Shown: piece after piece, positions 49,671 through 62,103 of the stretch
Layout: the number at the start of each line of letters is the position of its first letter
Position numbering within the stretch: the stretch's first letter is position 1
Source of the DNA: Tubulanus polymorphus
Lineage: Eukaryota > Animalia > Nemertea
Direction of reading: 5' to 3'
DNA length: 64,000 nucleotides
Assembly: GCF_964204645.1 (NCBI RefSeq)
Contig: NW_027437441.1
Location: 1-64,000, forward strand
The notes under the pieces: model-generated
What the model was told of the DNA's origin: nothing
Database searches by the model: none
Seen by the model: the letters and a program-made list of their open reading frames with translations, nothing else
Translations under genes and position numbers: made by a program

Positions 49671-52600
49671 ATGGAAACAAATAAGTATTACTGTTCAACA
49701 TGTAAAATCAATATAGATAAATCCCAAAAATCGAGACACAATAAAACTAAAACACATTTAGAGAATAAATTGAAATTAGAATATGAAGATGATATATTAG
49801 AATCTAAATTAGATGAATTAAAGAATGAAAAAGAAATATATAAATGTGATACATGTAATCAATCATTCAGTGATAAAAGATATTATAATGAACATTTAAA
49901 ATCTAAAAGTCATATTAGAAATATGAATAATGATATTTTAGGTGAAGATTATTTTGATAATGATAACGATAAGAAACATAAGACAATTAAAAGGATAAGA
50001 AATAAATTAAACAATAAAAGACCATACATGGAAGATGTAAGAAATTATATTAATTCATTAGATAATAAAAAAAAGATATAGAGATAACCGAAGCATTTAA
50101 GTGATATTGGTCCAGCTGCTATTGAGTTTAAATTTCATAAAGGAAAAACATTAGAAGAAAATAAAAAACATTTAGAAAATATGAAAAATATTATAAAAAT
50201 AATCACTGATGTTGAATACCCTAAAATTAGTATATCAGTTAAAGTAAAGTTTATAAAATCTGAAGATAAACCAATATATAATATAAATTCTCATTCACAA
50301 CATATTATATCTAAACAACATATAGATGATAAATTAGATAAATGTTATTATGAAGTAAAAACTAAAATAGAAGAGGAATATTTTGAAGGATCTGGTTTAA
50401 TATTTGATGAAATAATATTTATGACTTTACATGTGTATAACACAAAATATAATAAGTTAACTAAATCAAAACCAATAGATGAAAATAATGTATCATATTA
50501 TAAAGAACCAGATACTGAAGCATCGAGTTATATTAAACTACCATTTAAAACTAATGCTGTTATAAATGTACAAAATTTTGATGATAAATGTTTTCTATGG
50601 ACAATTATAAGTTGCTTACATCAAACAGAAGATATTACACATAGTTTTAGATTAACGAATTATAAACAATTTGAAAATAATTATAAGATAGATAAGTATC
50701 CAGTTAGAATTAAAAGTATCCCAAAAATAGAAAGAGATAATAATTTAAGAATAAATGTATTTGATTTAATCAAATTACCAAAAACAAAAGGCAACAATAT
50801 AAAATATTTTACATTAGAACCTTTATACCTATCAAAGATTATGATTCAAATGATGTTATAGATATATTATGTTATGAAAATCATTATATGTGGATTAAAC
50901 AAATCGATTTATACTTTAGAACAGAAAGTGATCATCATCGTAAAATTTATCTATGTAGAAAATGTTTACATAGATTCAGTAATGAAAGTACATTATTAAA
51001 TCATAAACAATTATGTGATAATCATGATTATTGTAAATTAGTTTTACCAAATGAAAAGGATAAAATATTAGAATTCAAAAAATATGATTACAAAAATAAA
51101 GTACCATTTGTTATATATGGAGATTTTGAATCATTAAATAAAGAATTAACTGATCAAGATAGAAAAGAAATATATTATAAAAGAAAGAAATTAAATTCTA
51201 ATGAAAATGATTTTTCAGATGAACCACCAAAAACAAATACAATTAAAAAGATTCATCAATCAGCTGCAGCTTTCGGGTTATATATAAAATCTGATTATCC
51301 AGAACTAATTGAAAGTGAATATTATCATTATAGAAATGAAAATGTTATCAATCATTTTTGTGACATATTAATTGAATATGAAATAAGATTTAGTAAACTA
51401 TTGAATACAAATATAGAAATTATAATGACAGAAGAAGATAAAGAAGAATTTGTGTTTACAGGTAAATGTTATTATTGTGAAAAGATATTAAATTATAAAG
51501 ATAAAAAAGTAAGAGACCATGATCATTTGAATGGAAAGTTTAGAGGCGCTGCGCATGAGAATTGTAATTTGCAAGCAAAGAAAATAAATTTTGTTCCAGT
51601 TATATTTCATAATCTATCAGGATATGATGCACATTTATTTATCAAACAGTTATGTCATAAAATAGAAGAAATCAATAGTGAAATAGAAAGATTAAATTTG
51701 AATAGATCAAAAGATAAAATAAATTTAAAATTTTAGCTAGAACATCTGAGAATTATATATCATTCCAATTTGGGTGTTTAAGATTTATAGATTCATATAG
51801 ATTTTTAAACAGTTCATTAGATAACTTATCAAAATCATTAGTTGATGATGAATTTAAAATATTAAAACAACACTATCCAAATAATGATGATTTCCAATTA
51901 ATGAGATATAAAGGAGCGATTCCATATTCTTTCTATAAATCACATAATGATTTCAATATAACTGAATTATTAAAAGAACAATTTTATGATGAATTAAAAA
52001 ATGAATAGATGAAGTCTATAATACAACATTGAATATTTGGAATCATTTTGGAATGAAAAATCATGGACAATTAGTAGATTTATATTTAAAATCAGATGTA
52101 TTATTATTATCGGATATATTTGAAAGGTTTAGAGATGTAAACCTAAAATATTTTAACATTGATCCTTGTCATTTTTATTCTAGTCCAGGTTTAACTTGGG
52201 ATTGTGGTTTAAAATTTACAGATATAAAAATGGATTTGTTAACAAATATAGATCAATTATTATTATTTGAAAAATCTATAAGAGGAGGAGTTTCAGGTGT
52301 CTTAGGTGATAGATATTTCAATGTAAATGATAATCCTGGATATAAGTTATTATATATAGATGCAAATAATCTATATGGTTGGGCAATGACGGAACCACAA
52401 CCTTATGGAGTATTTGAAATAAGTGAAGTTTTACAACATGAAAATAATGATAAATTCGATTGGAAGAAAAGAATCCTAGATATTGCAGATGATTCAGATA
52501 CTGGTTACTTCTTTGTTGTAGACTTGGAATATTCTGAACATATTAAATTTAAATCTAGAATACTGTCCCTGTCCAGAACGTAAAACTGTAACTCATGAAG

Positions 52601-53690
52601 AACTATCAAATTATCAAAAAAGAATTAAACCCGAAAATCATATTCATACAGAAAAGTTAATGTTGACTCAAGAAGATAAATATAATTATGTAGTACATTA
52701 TAGAATGTTGAAGTTTTATTTGAACCAAGGAATGGTTCTAAAAAAAGTACATAGATATATTTCATTTAGTCAATCTAAATGGTTAGAAAAATATATAGCT
52801 TTAACACCAAACAGAGAACTGAAGCTAAAACTGATTTCGAGAAAGATTTCTTCAAGTTAATGAATAATGCATTCTATGGTAAGACTTGTGAAAATATTAG
52901 AAATAGAAATGATATTGCGTTAGTTAGTAATGGTAAAAGGATAAGGCATTTACAAACATATCCCAAGTTCTTAGGTAACAGAATATTTGATGAAAATTTA
53001 GCTACAGTTAAAATGAGAAGAACTTCTATGAAATTTAATAAACCAATTTATGTTGGAGCATCAGTTTTAGAAATATCAAAATTACTAATGTATGAATTCT
53101 ATTATAATGTATTACAACCTCATTTTGGAGAAAAACATATAGAAATCTTATATATTGATACTGACAGTTACATTTTAAAGATTAAAACTAATAATCTAAC
53201 AAATGATTTAAAAACATTAAAACATCATTTCGACTTTAGTAATTATCCAAAAGATAATGAATTGTTTAGCAATGTTAATAAAAAGCAGCCCGGGAAGTTT
53301 AAGGATGAATTAGGCGGTGAAGAAATGATAGAGTTCATTGGTATTAGATCTAAAATGTATTCATATAAAACTAAAGAACATGAAGCTAAAAAGTTAAAAG
53401 GAATTACTAAAAGCGTAGTAGAAAAGAATATTCATTTCAAAGATTATATCAATTTTATATTCAATGAAGAAGTTAGAAAACATAAGATGAGATGTTCAAG
53501 ATCTGAAGATCATGAAATGTTTATTGAAGAAATTGAAAAGGTTAGTTTGAATCCATTTGACGATAAAAGATATATTTTAGATGATGAAATTCATACAGTC
53601 GCGTATGGTTGCAATTTAGATGATTATGTAAAGTTCAAAAGAGAAGAAACAAAAGAGAAGGAAATAATGAAAAGAATTCTAACGTGTTAA
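49671..53690 (+). pseudogene. polB: Full-length protein-primed PolB (N-terminal zinc fingers, OTU-like Cys/His region, endonuclease VII-like insertion, 3'-5' exonuclease, polymerase), multiply frameshifted
   Basis: SSYIKLP..VINVQNFDDKCF, NHYMWIK, VIYGDFES, CYYC...VRDHDHLNGKFRGAAHENCNL, FHNLSGYD, YLKSDVLLL, YIDANNLYG, KLMNNAFYGK, YIDTDS across ORFs 49632-53690. Confidence 0.96.
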
Positions 53691-53719
53691 TTCAGTTTTA
53701 ATAAAAATATATATTATAA

Positions 53720-54073
53720 ATGGAGAGTAAACAAGCAAACAGTGAGTACAACAAATTATTTCTAGATAGAATAAAAAATACTTCAAATGTCAGATCAGTA
53801 GATTATAAATTTAAGAAGTTAAGAGAAATCAGAATCCATAAGAAATAACTAATTACAAATATTGATACAGTTACTAACAAATATGGAGATAAATTAGTTA
53901 TACACTTAGAATATGAAGGATTAAAAGGAAATACATTTAAATTCAGAACATATTTACCAGATAGATTTCATAGATTATCAAGTGAAGATTTAGAAGAATT
54001 ATGTTCAGGCGATTTCTATTTCGTATACAAAGGTAAGAATGAAAAAGGCCACCATCAAATAGATTTCGAATAA
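53720..54073 (+). pseudogene. Small Polinton protein (one in-frame stop)
   Basis: MESKQANS...KFKKLREI..HKK*LITNIDTVTNKYGD...YLPDRF...GHHQIDFE; homologues in A and C. Confidence 0.75.
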
Positions 54074-54087
54074 AATATGTGAAATAA

Positions 54088-54621
54088 ATGGTAGAATTAA
54101 AAGAATATAGAATACATGTTGATTCTAGAAAACTTACAAATTATAAATCTCATAATTTACTAGTACAATTTAAATTTTTAATTAGATTTATAAAAAGTGA
54201 TAGCACAAATAAAATTAAAATAAAGTTACATGATGAAAGTCAACATTCATTTATGGTGAGAAAACCATTAGCTAAACTGCTAGGAATTGCATCAGATATT
54301 GTTACAGGAAACGTAGATGGTAATTCAAATATAATGCCTTTTTCACACTTTTATATTTATTGCAATTTAATTGATGCTACAAAAAATTTCGAAGCAACTA
54401 AAGATATATCTTGTAATTCTAGTATATTAAATATTATACCATTACAAAATGTTAAAAAATTTGGAACACAAATTAATTATAATTTAGCTGAATGTGATTT
54501 TAAACCTTGTATTTCACGATTTAACAATTTTAAATTAGAAATAAGAAATCATAATGGTTATTTAATTAATTTGAATAACTTTCCTATAATTTATGAATTA
54601 ATTATAAGATGTAAAGAGTAA
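54088..54621 (+). pseudogene. Minor capsid (penton-like) protein with an internal deletion that leaves the frame open
   Basis: Matches 42583-43334 but lacks the segment from LDREF through the PGFYN region. Confidence 0.75.
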
Positions 54622-54640
54622 TTTTTTCACTATATAAATG
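54622..54640 (+). promoter_or_regulatory. Representative poxvirus-late-like promoter: T6-N7-TAAATG
   Basis: TTTTTT CACTATA TAAATG; the same architecture precedes most Polinton starts (see findings). Confidence 0.6.
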
Positions 54641-54985
54641 AATATAACTGTTGGATCAAGTATATGTTTTGGATTTGATTTTAAACATGAGAAAGAAATG
54701 AAATTTAACATTAATGATGTAATAACACATATTAAAAATATTTCATTTTCTAATGAAACAACATTTGACTATGAAAAAACAATAGATAAAGAAACTTTTA
54801 ATGTAGAAAAGATTACCGAGTCTTTAAGATTTTATGAATTAGATGAAGATTTTATAATTGATGATATCAAAAGAATAATAACTGAAATATATGAAAATGA
54901 ACCTAATAATACTATAAATGTTGAATTAATCATAAATAAGATAACTAAATATTTTGAAAATAGTAATTTTTCTATAAATAAATGA
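54638..54985 (+). CDS. Polinton hypothetical protein (115 aa)
   Basis: Open frame; homologue 42212-42565. Confidence 0.75.
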   Translation: MNITVGSSICFGFDFKHEKEMKFNINDVITHIKNISFSNETTFDYEKTIDKETFNVEKITESLRFYELDEDFIIDDIKRIITEIYENEPNNTINVELIINKITKYFENSNFSINK

Positions 54986-55203
54986 GTGATAATAAGTGGA
55001 TAATAACTGTTTTTTATAATGGAGCATTATTATCGGTTGGAACTGTTGGTTATACAATGGTATTAAAAAAAGTATTTAAAATGGGAAGTGTTAATGTTGA
55101 TAGATTTGATATTAATGATATTTTAAAATTAACGTTAGCAGTTACTTTATCTAATTTAACTTTTGATTATTTGGAAAAACAAAAATATATTCCTCCCATA
55201 TAA
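54982..55203 (+). CDS. Small hydrophobic Polinton protein (73 aa)
   Basis: Open frame, TAAATG start, homologue in A. Confidence 0.75.
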   Translation: MSDNKWIITVFYNGALLSVGTVGYTMVLKKVFKMGSVNVDRFDINDILKLTLAVTLSNLTFDYLEKQKYIPPI

Positions 55204-55211
55204 ATGCATAA

Positions 55212-55230
55212 TTTTTTTTCTAAATAAATG
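55212..55230 (+). promoter_or_regulatory. Representative poxvirus-late-like promoter: T8-N5-TAAATG
   Basis: TTTTTTTT CTAAA TAAATG; the T-run also contains a T5NT motif directly after the upstream stop. Confidence 0.6.
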
Positions 55231-55653
55231 GCTTCTGCAATTATAACTTTTTTAGGATCAGCAATTGTTAACGCTTTAGCATTTACTGGTGGTGGTTATT
55301 TATTTAAACACATTGATAAAAATGGTTCATTAACAGAACAAAAAAGACATAACTTAGCATTAGAAAAATATAATAAAGCTGCAGAAGAATACAGAAAAAA
55401 AAGACAAAACTATATGGATTATATTAACAAGGAATTATATAATCAGAAGATTTCACATAGAGATTTTCAATCAGTTGATGATGCAATGAGTTTATATAAC
55501 GCGGTAACAATGAAAGAAAAATTACATCTACATAAACCTACAACATCAGATTATTATACCCCAAGTAATGAACAGAAGAAATATGAAATAATTTGGATTT
55601 TAGGGGGAACAGTTATTGTTATATTTGTTGCTTATAAATTTACTAATTCGTAA
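55228..55653 (+). CDS. Small conserved Polinton protein (141 aa) with hydrophobic N- and C-termini
   Basis: MASAIITFLGSAIVNALAFTGGGYLF...YYTPSNEQKKYEIIWILGG; homologue in A. Confidence 0.8.
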   Translation: MASAIITFLGSAIVNALAFTGGGYLFKHIDKNGSLTEQKRHNLALEKYNKAAEEYRKKRQNYMDYINKELYNQKISHRDFQSVDDAMSLYNAVTMKEKLHLHKPTTSDYYTPSNEQKKYEIIWILGGTVIVIFVAYKFTNS

Positions 55654-58207
55654 TTTTTTGCTAAATAAATGGATGATAAAGTTGATGGTCTTAATATTAT
55701 TCCTCATGATATCAGTAAACCTAAATTAAGAATATATTTAGAAAAACAAATATTAGAATTTGAAAGTGACTTAAAGATAAAAAAGAAAAAAAATTTTAAA
55801 AAGTAAAATTATATATTATTTGATTATAAGTGGTTCGGTTACAATTAGTTCTGTAATAACATTTCTAGCAATATTCAGCCCATTAACACCTTTAGCTATA
55901 TCAATTGGTGTGTTAGGATTAAGTTCAAGTGTATTAACTGGCATAAGTTCAAAATTAAATATAGCTGCAAAGCAGCGATAACGGGTTTTCTGAGCAGGCG
56001 TGCTATTCATAATTTGAAAAGTGGATAAAAGAAATATATCAATACGGGATACGCATTTGATGTGTCAAGTCACACCAATGCGGTTTAACATAACATAATT
56101 TATAGTTATAGTCAAATTGGGGGTTACTCGGGTCGTTTAGTTGTCTGTGGAGTCGAGTAGATTGGTTACCCGTCTGTAACATTGGTTAGGGAAACGACTC
56201 GTCAGCTTGATGAGTTGTATGTATTATGATTGTGCACCACCTGCATTTTCCGAAATAATGTTCATATAATTATTTGAAGGGACAATTGAAATCAATTATC
56301 AACGTACATCTGAATATGTAATAGTCCTTAGTAACTTTCTGTTGCAGAGGGCATAGAAAGGATTTTGAAATTATTTAATTAAAATATAAATTTTATTTAC
56401 GAAAAATAAACTATTATGGTCAGTACAAATTGAATATTCATAGTGTATTTTTAAGAACAAGCTTACATAGCTTACAGAATACATCACGTACATTTGAATT
56501 TTATAACTGATGGGTAAAAAATCAACGTGTGACAGAAAAAAATGTAGTTAATTATTTAACAATATCGAAATATGTGCTCTCTTTTTAAACTAATGGAGTG
56601 ATACGCAATTAATCACATGGCCTGTATTAAAAGATAGAACATACAAATTGGATATTTATAAGTCGAAACATGTGAACAGAAACTAAAAATTTGATGTCAG
56701 TGACCAGTAGTATGGAATTACACAACGACAATTGGCTTTAAACTCAACAAACATTATTAAAGAATGTTTCAAACAAAATGCTTTATATAACGACATGAAT
56801 AAACTTGTTTTACAAAACAAGAAAGTACATTTTGAACTTTTGAATGGTCGAATCCCATTTATTCACAGTAACCTGTGATGTGGCGATCCTCGGAGCCATC
56901 ATTCTTGATGACGTCACTAACAAGTGGTCACGGCCGTCGCGTGCACTCATTTCTTTGAAAATCTAGCTTCCTCGCGGAGCGGGACCTGGTGACGCTGAGC
57001 CCCACCCCCTTCGCGCTGAGAAATATCTTATTCCCAGTCAGCAAAGACAGGTTCTAAAGATCATAGAGTGCATCGCTGGAGGGTTTCCGATCCAATTTGA
57101 ATTGGTGCGGTGGCGCTCTCAATGCGGAAGTTTTTGTGAATTTTTCAGTCGGCGACGGACGTTTATCGTTGTAAGTGATGTAATATGTAAAAAATGCAGG
57201 GAAACCTATCTCAATTTATTTTTAGCGATGCAGCGGAACTAATAAGGAACATTTTGATATATAACATGACTATAGTACACTATCCCTGATGGAATAATAA
57301 GCTCCACTCGACAAACTCGTTCCCGTGCATTTTTATCTCTGTTTCAGCACACCATAGTTAGTTACCTAATCGTTGGTGGTAAGCTTTTTATAATCGGATG
57401 GGCTTATACCAACGTTAGGGATGACAAGGACCAAAACACGTTAAAAAAAGTAACACTTCAAAAGTATACTTTCTATTCACTTCAGTCCACAATTAATGGC
57501 TTAATTCACAAACTAACACAGGTACCTTTCGAAATAATCCAATTTCATGTATGTTTCGAGTGGTTAATCAACATTATTTTGAGAAATTAATTAATTTCTC
57601 CACCAATTTCGCCATTGGCCGCCATTTCTCTGTATTGCACATGTGGCATGATAGGACAAGGGGACCTACAAGGATTTATATAAAACTTCCAAGACGAAAC
57701 GACAATTTTTATTTTTGATGGTTTTCCAACTTATATTTCAAATCTTCGTGTTTTCCATAATAAATAATGAAATAATAAATTCTGGTAAAAGAAAAATGTG
57801 AATAAGTGTTGATTTCTTAATTTTTTTCAATTTCGTCGTTTCGCTTCGTTAGTTTGTGCTGTTGTCCTGGCCTCAGTCCACAGGTGCCAGCACCTCCAGT
57901 AATTTTCAAAATGGCAGCTGTTGACCCGACGGAAATTGACTCTCACTTTACGGCCGATTTGCACATGGATTAAGATCATCAGGTGAGGTGTTATAGGTAT
58001 CAGACAAACTACGAATCTGTTGTGCGTCGATTACAACAAAAAATAGACGGATATCTTAAGAGACAATGAAATGCCAGGCAAATTACTCGTCAGTCAAATT
58101 GGCTGACGAAGATTTCATACAAAAATGACCTTCCCATTCTTGACTGTGGTTTGTGAAAATATCCGATTGTGAAACTAAACCACAGACAGGTTACTGACTA
58201 AGCACAC

Positions 58208-58285
58208 CAGGGAAGTGTGATGAGATACTAATTAGTAAATTTATATGCCACAAATATAACAATAACTGTTCCACACACTTCCCTG
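58208..58285. mobile_element. 78-bp TIR-bounded cassette with 7-bp TSD, containing 49 bp of Polinton A sequence
   Basis: TIR CAGGGAAGTGTG (58208-58219) / CACACTTCCCTG (58274-58285); flanking direct repeat AGCACAC; 58226-58274 identical to 41545-41593. Confidence 0.85.
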
Positions 58286-58774
58286 AGCACACACAGCCCC
58301 TCTACCATCATGCCTAACCCCTGTTCGACCAACTGTGGGCGTTTCCCTTTGAAACATAAGCCTAATTGTAAAAGATAGGCATTAATCTATGTTAATGCTG
58401 CATCTTTATCATGAAACCTAAGTAAGATTATTCTATTATTTAGGCCTATTCAAATTTTCTGTCCACTACCACGTGGAAATAATAAGACCCAGTCAAAATT
58501 GTGCATCACGCTTTGACCAAGAAATTGGTTCTAGGCTATAAATTTTACGACTCAAACGAATCTTTTCCTCAACAAAGCCGCTTTTAGTTTGATGCAAAAT
58601 GAAATTTGCTTTTAAAATGTGTAACTAGGCCTAATCAAAAGGATATTTCAAAAGCAAACTTTGCCGGGCCAAGAGCCATATTGAATTCAATTTTTTCCGA
58701 AGCATTATGCCTCTTTCATCATAACATTATTTATCCTATTTCAAGATCTTAGGCCTAGTAGAGAGAGGGCCTAC

Positions 58775-59310
58775 GTTGGGTTCAAATCGGAATTTTAAGA
58801 TTTATTTCATTTAATTCCAGGTTTTCACTGTAGATTATCAAAGACATGTGGCGTTGTGAGAGTTCATGGTTGTTTGATGATCCATTATTTGTAAGTGTAA
58901 GGCTATTTGAGGGATTCGAAACCGATATTTCGTAAATTTTGTAGCTTTATTACGTTTAATTCCAGATGTTTATCATGACATTCGGGGGTTTGTCAGCGAG
59001 TTGGTATGCTGTCGGCAGAAGTAGTTTGATAATTCGTTTCATGTAAGTAAACAGCTATTTGAAGGATTCGAAACCGAAATCTGTATTATGAATTTTTTAG
59101 TTGTATTTTGTTCGATTCTAGGTGAATAGGACATGATTCATTTTGGGAGTTTGTCTGCGAGTTTGTATACTGTGAAATGAAGTTTCTTCGTCAATTTGTC
59201 GTATGTAAGTATCAATCTATAGGTTATATAGGCCCTATTAGGGGTTCGATACAGAAATTTGGTGAATTCCTCAGATTTATTTTAATTTATTCTAGGTTGT
59301 TATCAGAAAA
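58775..59310. repeat. Degenerate tandem repeat of roughly 130-180 bp, 3-4 units, inside the HINE
   Basis: Recurring GG(A)TTCGAAACCGA.AT, GAGTT and TGTAAGT anchors near 58779, 58912, 59065 and 59243. Confidence 0.6.
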
Positions 59311-61559
59311 ATATGTACTTTATTTCATGGGTTAGTCTTTGATTGAAAACTAAAAATGGATGATAGTTCTAAATTTGATGTTGATTCACATGACCAATCT
59401 AGTAAGTATGGCTCACTCGTCTTTTAGAATAAGAGACCTATTGCATTAATCCTTCAATTCAAGTTGCTATACAACCTTTTATACAGATATTTACCTTATC
59501 AATATAAACATGTATTTGCCATTAGCCATACAATTCAGTAAAACTTTTCCCGTCCAGATTTTGAAACATCATTTGACTCAATTTTTCCTCCTAGAAAATT
59601 GCTTTAGCTCATTCCAATGTTCGCAGTAAAAGTGAATGTAGCATGTATGATTCCCATTCATCAATTTTGTCTTGTTTCGTATTTTTAGCGAAAATCTCGA
59701 AAAAGTCTGACGTCGAGGCAGGTGGTGGCCAGACAAAGACATATTCTTGGGAAATATTTAAAGACGCATGGCAAACACACTTATTGTTCACTTTTTCCTA
59801 TCCTTATTTTGAAATTGAAGTATTGTAATAAACTATTGATTTATTTTTGTTGATCAACGCAACTAGTTTTCTTTCTTAATTTACATTTGAATTGGATGGT
59901 CATCTTGCGTAGGAGTCAGTTTGTCATCGAAGCAATACAGTCTAACTTGTTGGCGTCTCAGATGCAGCGGGGCAGGGCGGTCATTATATTGTGGACTTAT
60001 CCAAATAACACTTACACAGCCCAACGTGTTTCAGTGTGTAAACTCCGTCGTACTCGGCATTATAAGACAGTGAGGAATTGAGTTTTAGTCACCTGAGCCC
60101 TCGGCTTGATTCGACCAAAAAGATCTTAACTGACTTCACAGAATTTGATTATGAGTCAAGGATTTTCTAAATTTCTGAATGCTTTCTCTGGTTTTAAGAT
60201 CAATTCAAATTCAATCTTCAAAATATTTTATTGAAAGAAATTCTACTGAGGACAGATTTTGAAATGAAGGATATATCCAGGCAAATAATTATAGCAAAAT
60301 CAACTGATGATCATCAAGGTGAAGTTTTCATTCATCTTCGGCTAATTTGTCTACCCCTGATGATTGAAGCATTTTGGTTACTCGCGCCAATTAGTCAGCC
60401 ACAGTCGATTTTCATGCCATCTGACCTTTTTCATCTGTAATTAAGCAATCAAATGTAAGAATTACTTAGGTAAGGAGCGAAATAATATATAGATATCTTA
60501 GGAGACTATTTGAAATCATGAGTTTGTTGTGAAAATCTATTACTACAGTCTCGTAGAGCATAGACACCAAGCCACGTGGCATTGGTATTTTTAGGGCTAT
60601 TCAGTTTACTCCAAAACAAGTCAATGATTAACATTAAAAAAGCTTCATATCAAGGGTATGTCGCAGGACTCGTGACGCCCATGAATTATCATCCCATTAT
60701 TACAATGAATCCAATTCTGCATGTACGTTAGCACGACTGATTACTAATCCAAATATTGCATTACAAAAAAAAATTACGCAAAACGTCAAGTACTTACAGC
60801 ATCTGAGACAATTGCGCTTAAGTTAGCGTGTTAAGTTACGTCTTTGGCTGTCAATGTCGAAAAAGCCTAATTTGAAACATACATTTGCGCACTGTGGTTT
60901 AATATTCCCGCAAGTATCCGCAAAGGAATTGAAGACCGTAGTGCCCAGTTCATTCCACGAATAATAGCTGGAAAGAAAGTAATCAAAATAAATTGTCATG
61001 CACATTCAGTGTAAACCAGGCCATAACTAGCTGCTATTAAGGCATTCCACTGACTGGCTCTACCCATTATATTTAGGGCCTAAATCTATTCTAGGCGCAT
61101 CCCCCAAAAAGCTAGGCATTAAGTAAGTAGCCAAGAATGATCATTGCTTCACCGAGTAGGCCTACTCATTTGCTAGCATACTCATATTATTAAAGAAATC
61201 ATTTAATACATTCCCTGGTTAACGGATTCTCACCTTAAAATACATAAACTCCGCTGTCGTTGTCATCGATCCGAGTCGTCAACTGAACGCGGAAGTAAAA
61301 TTCCGTGTGAAAATTCCTACAATTTCTGTCCATATCACGTTGATTTGACCCCGAAATCTTCAGGAAATGTAGCCAACGTAAATTGATTTACGAATAGAAT
61401 TAATCAATTGACTCATTTTAGAAATCATGGTTTCGTGAAATTCATTTAAGTCCTAAAACTCGCGATAAATTTAAGCCGAAAATGATTTCAACCATCCACC
61501 ATGTTGTTTCGTTAATAAAACAATTGTTGCGCGCCGGCGCTGCACTGTGATAATGCATG

Positions 61560-61630
61560 GTTTCACTAGGATTCGAACCCTCGACCTCTCATTTGGGAGT
61601 CAAACACCTTATCCACCATGCCACAGGACA
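61560..61630 (-). pseudogene. tRNA-derived sequence within the HINE
   Basis: Minus strand TGGCATGGTGGATAAGG (A box) ... CTCCCAA loop ... GGTTCGAATCC (B box) at tRNA-like spacing; stems degenerate. Confidence 0.55.
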
Positions 61631-62103
61631 GGACGCTGTTTTAATCGTTAGTGGGAGTACCCCACAGGGCGAGTCGCGATTGCTACTATCATCCGGTGTT
61701 ATCTTTCAGTAAGTAATTTTAAGTTTAAAATAGGACGGAGAATGCATAGGTATAATCTACGCGGAGCGAATGCGTGTTATATTACTATCAGAATTCTACA
61801 TTTCAATTAGAAGCAGTTAGGTGTCGAATCTGATAGAAGATGAATTTTATGTGCGAAAAAAAAGTGGAAAATATGTAAATAATAATAATAACAATCAACA
61901 GAATTACAAAAGGGTTTTCGACGAAAGTCAGAAAACCCTAAATATAAAAAGTAATAAAGAAAAATTTAAAACTAATATAAAAGAAATTAATAAATTGAAG
62001 AATACACTAGATTATATAATAAGTTTAAATGGTAATATTACAGTTGAAGAACAAGATAAATTATTAAAAGAATTAATAAATTATTAATTCTTTTATTATA
62101 TAA

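Larger units (their letters stand above)
55957..61940 (-). mobile_element. Non-autonomous Helentron (HINE/DINE-1-like), about 6 kb
   Basis: subTIR pair GGGTTTTCTGA (55983-55993) / TCAGAAAACCC (61928-61938); partner inverted repeat 61911-61921 forming a terminal stem-loop; (AAT)n microsatellite near 61878-61891; GCTGC-AAA-GCAGC hairpin (55964-55976) at the other end; no coding capacity. Empty site visible in copy A. Confidence 0.8.
55669..62087 (+). pseudogene. Small membrane/coiled-coil Polinton gene split by a HINE insertion (parts 55669-55960 and 61940-62087)
   Basis: ...SSKL|NIKSNKEK... is contiguous in copy A (41091-41342) but separated by about 6 kb here. Confidence 0.85.

Noticed and set aside
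59609-61005. Short ORFs inside the HINE as Rep/helicase remnants
   Set aside because: No HUH or helicase motifs; lengths are as expected by chance.
61911-61939. Resemblance of the HINE terminal hairpin (TTTTCGACG...GTCAGAAAA) to satellite motifs, suggesting a Helentron origin of the satellite
   Set aside because: Only about 9-bp matches, not colinear with the monomer; insufficient without a family-level alignment.
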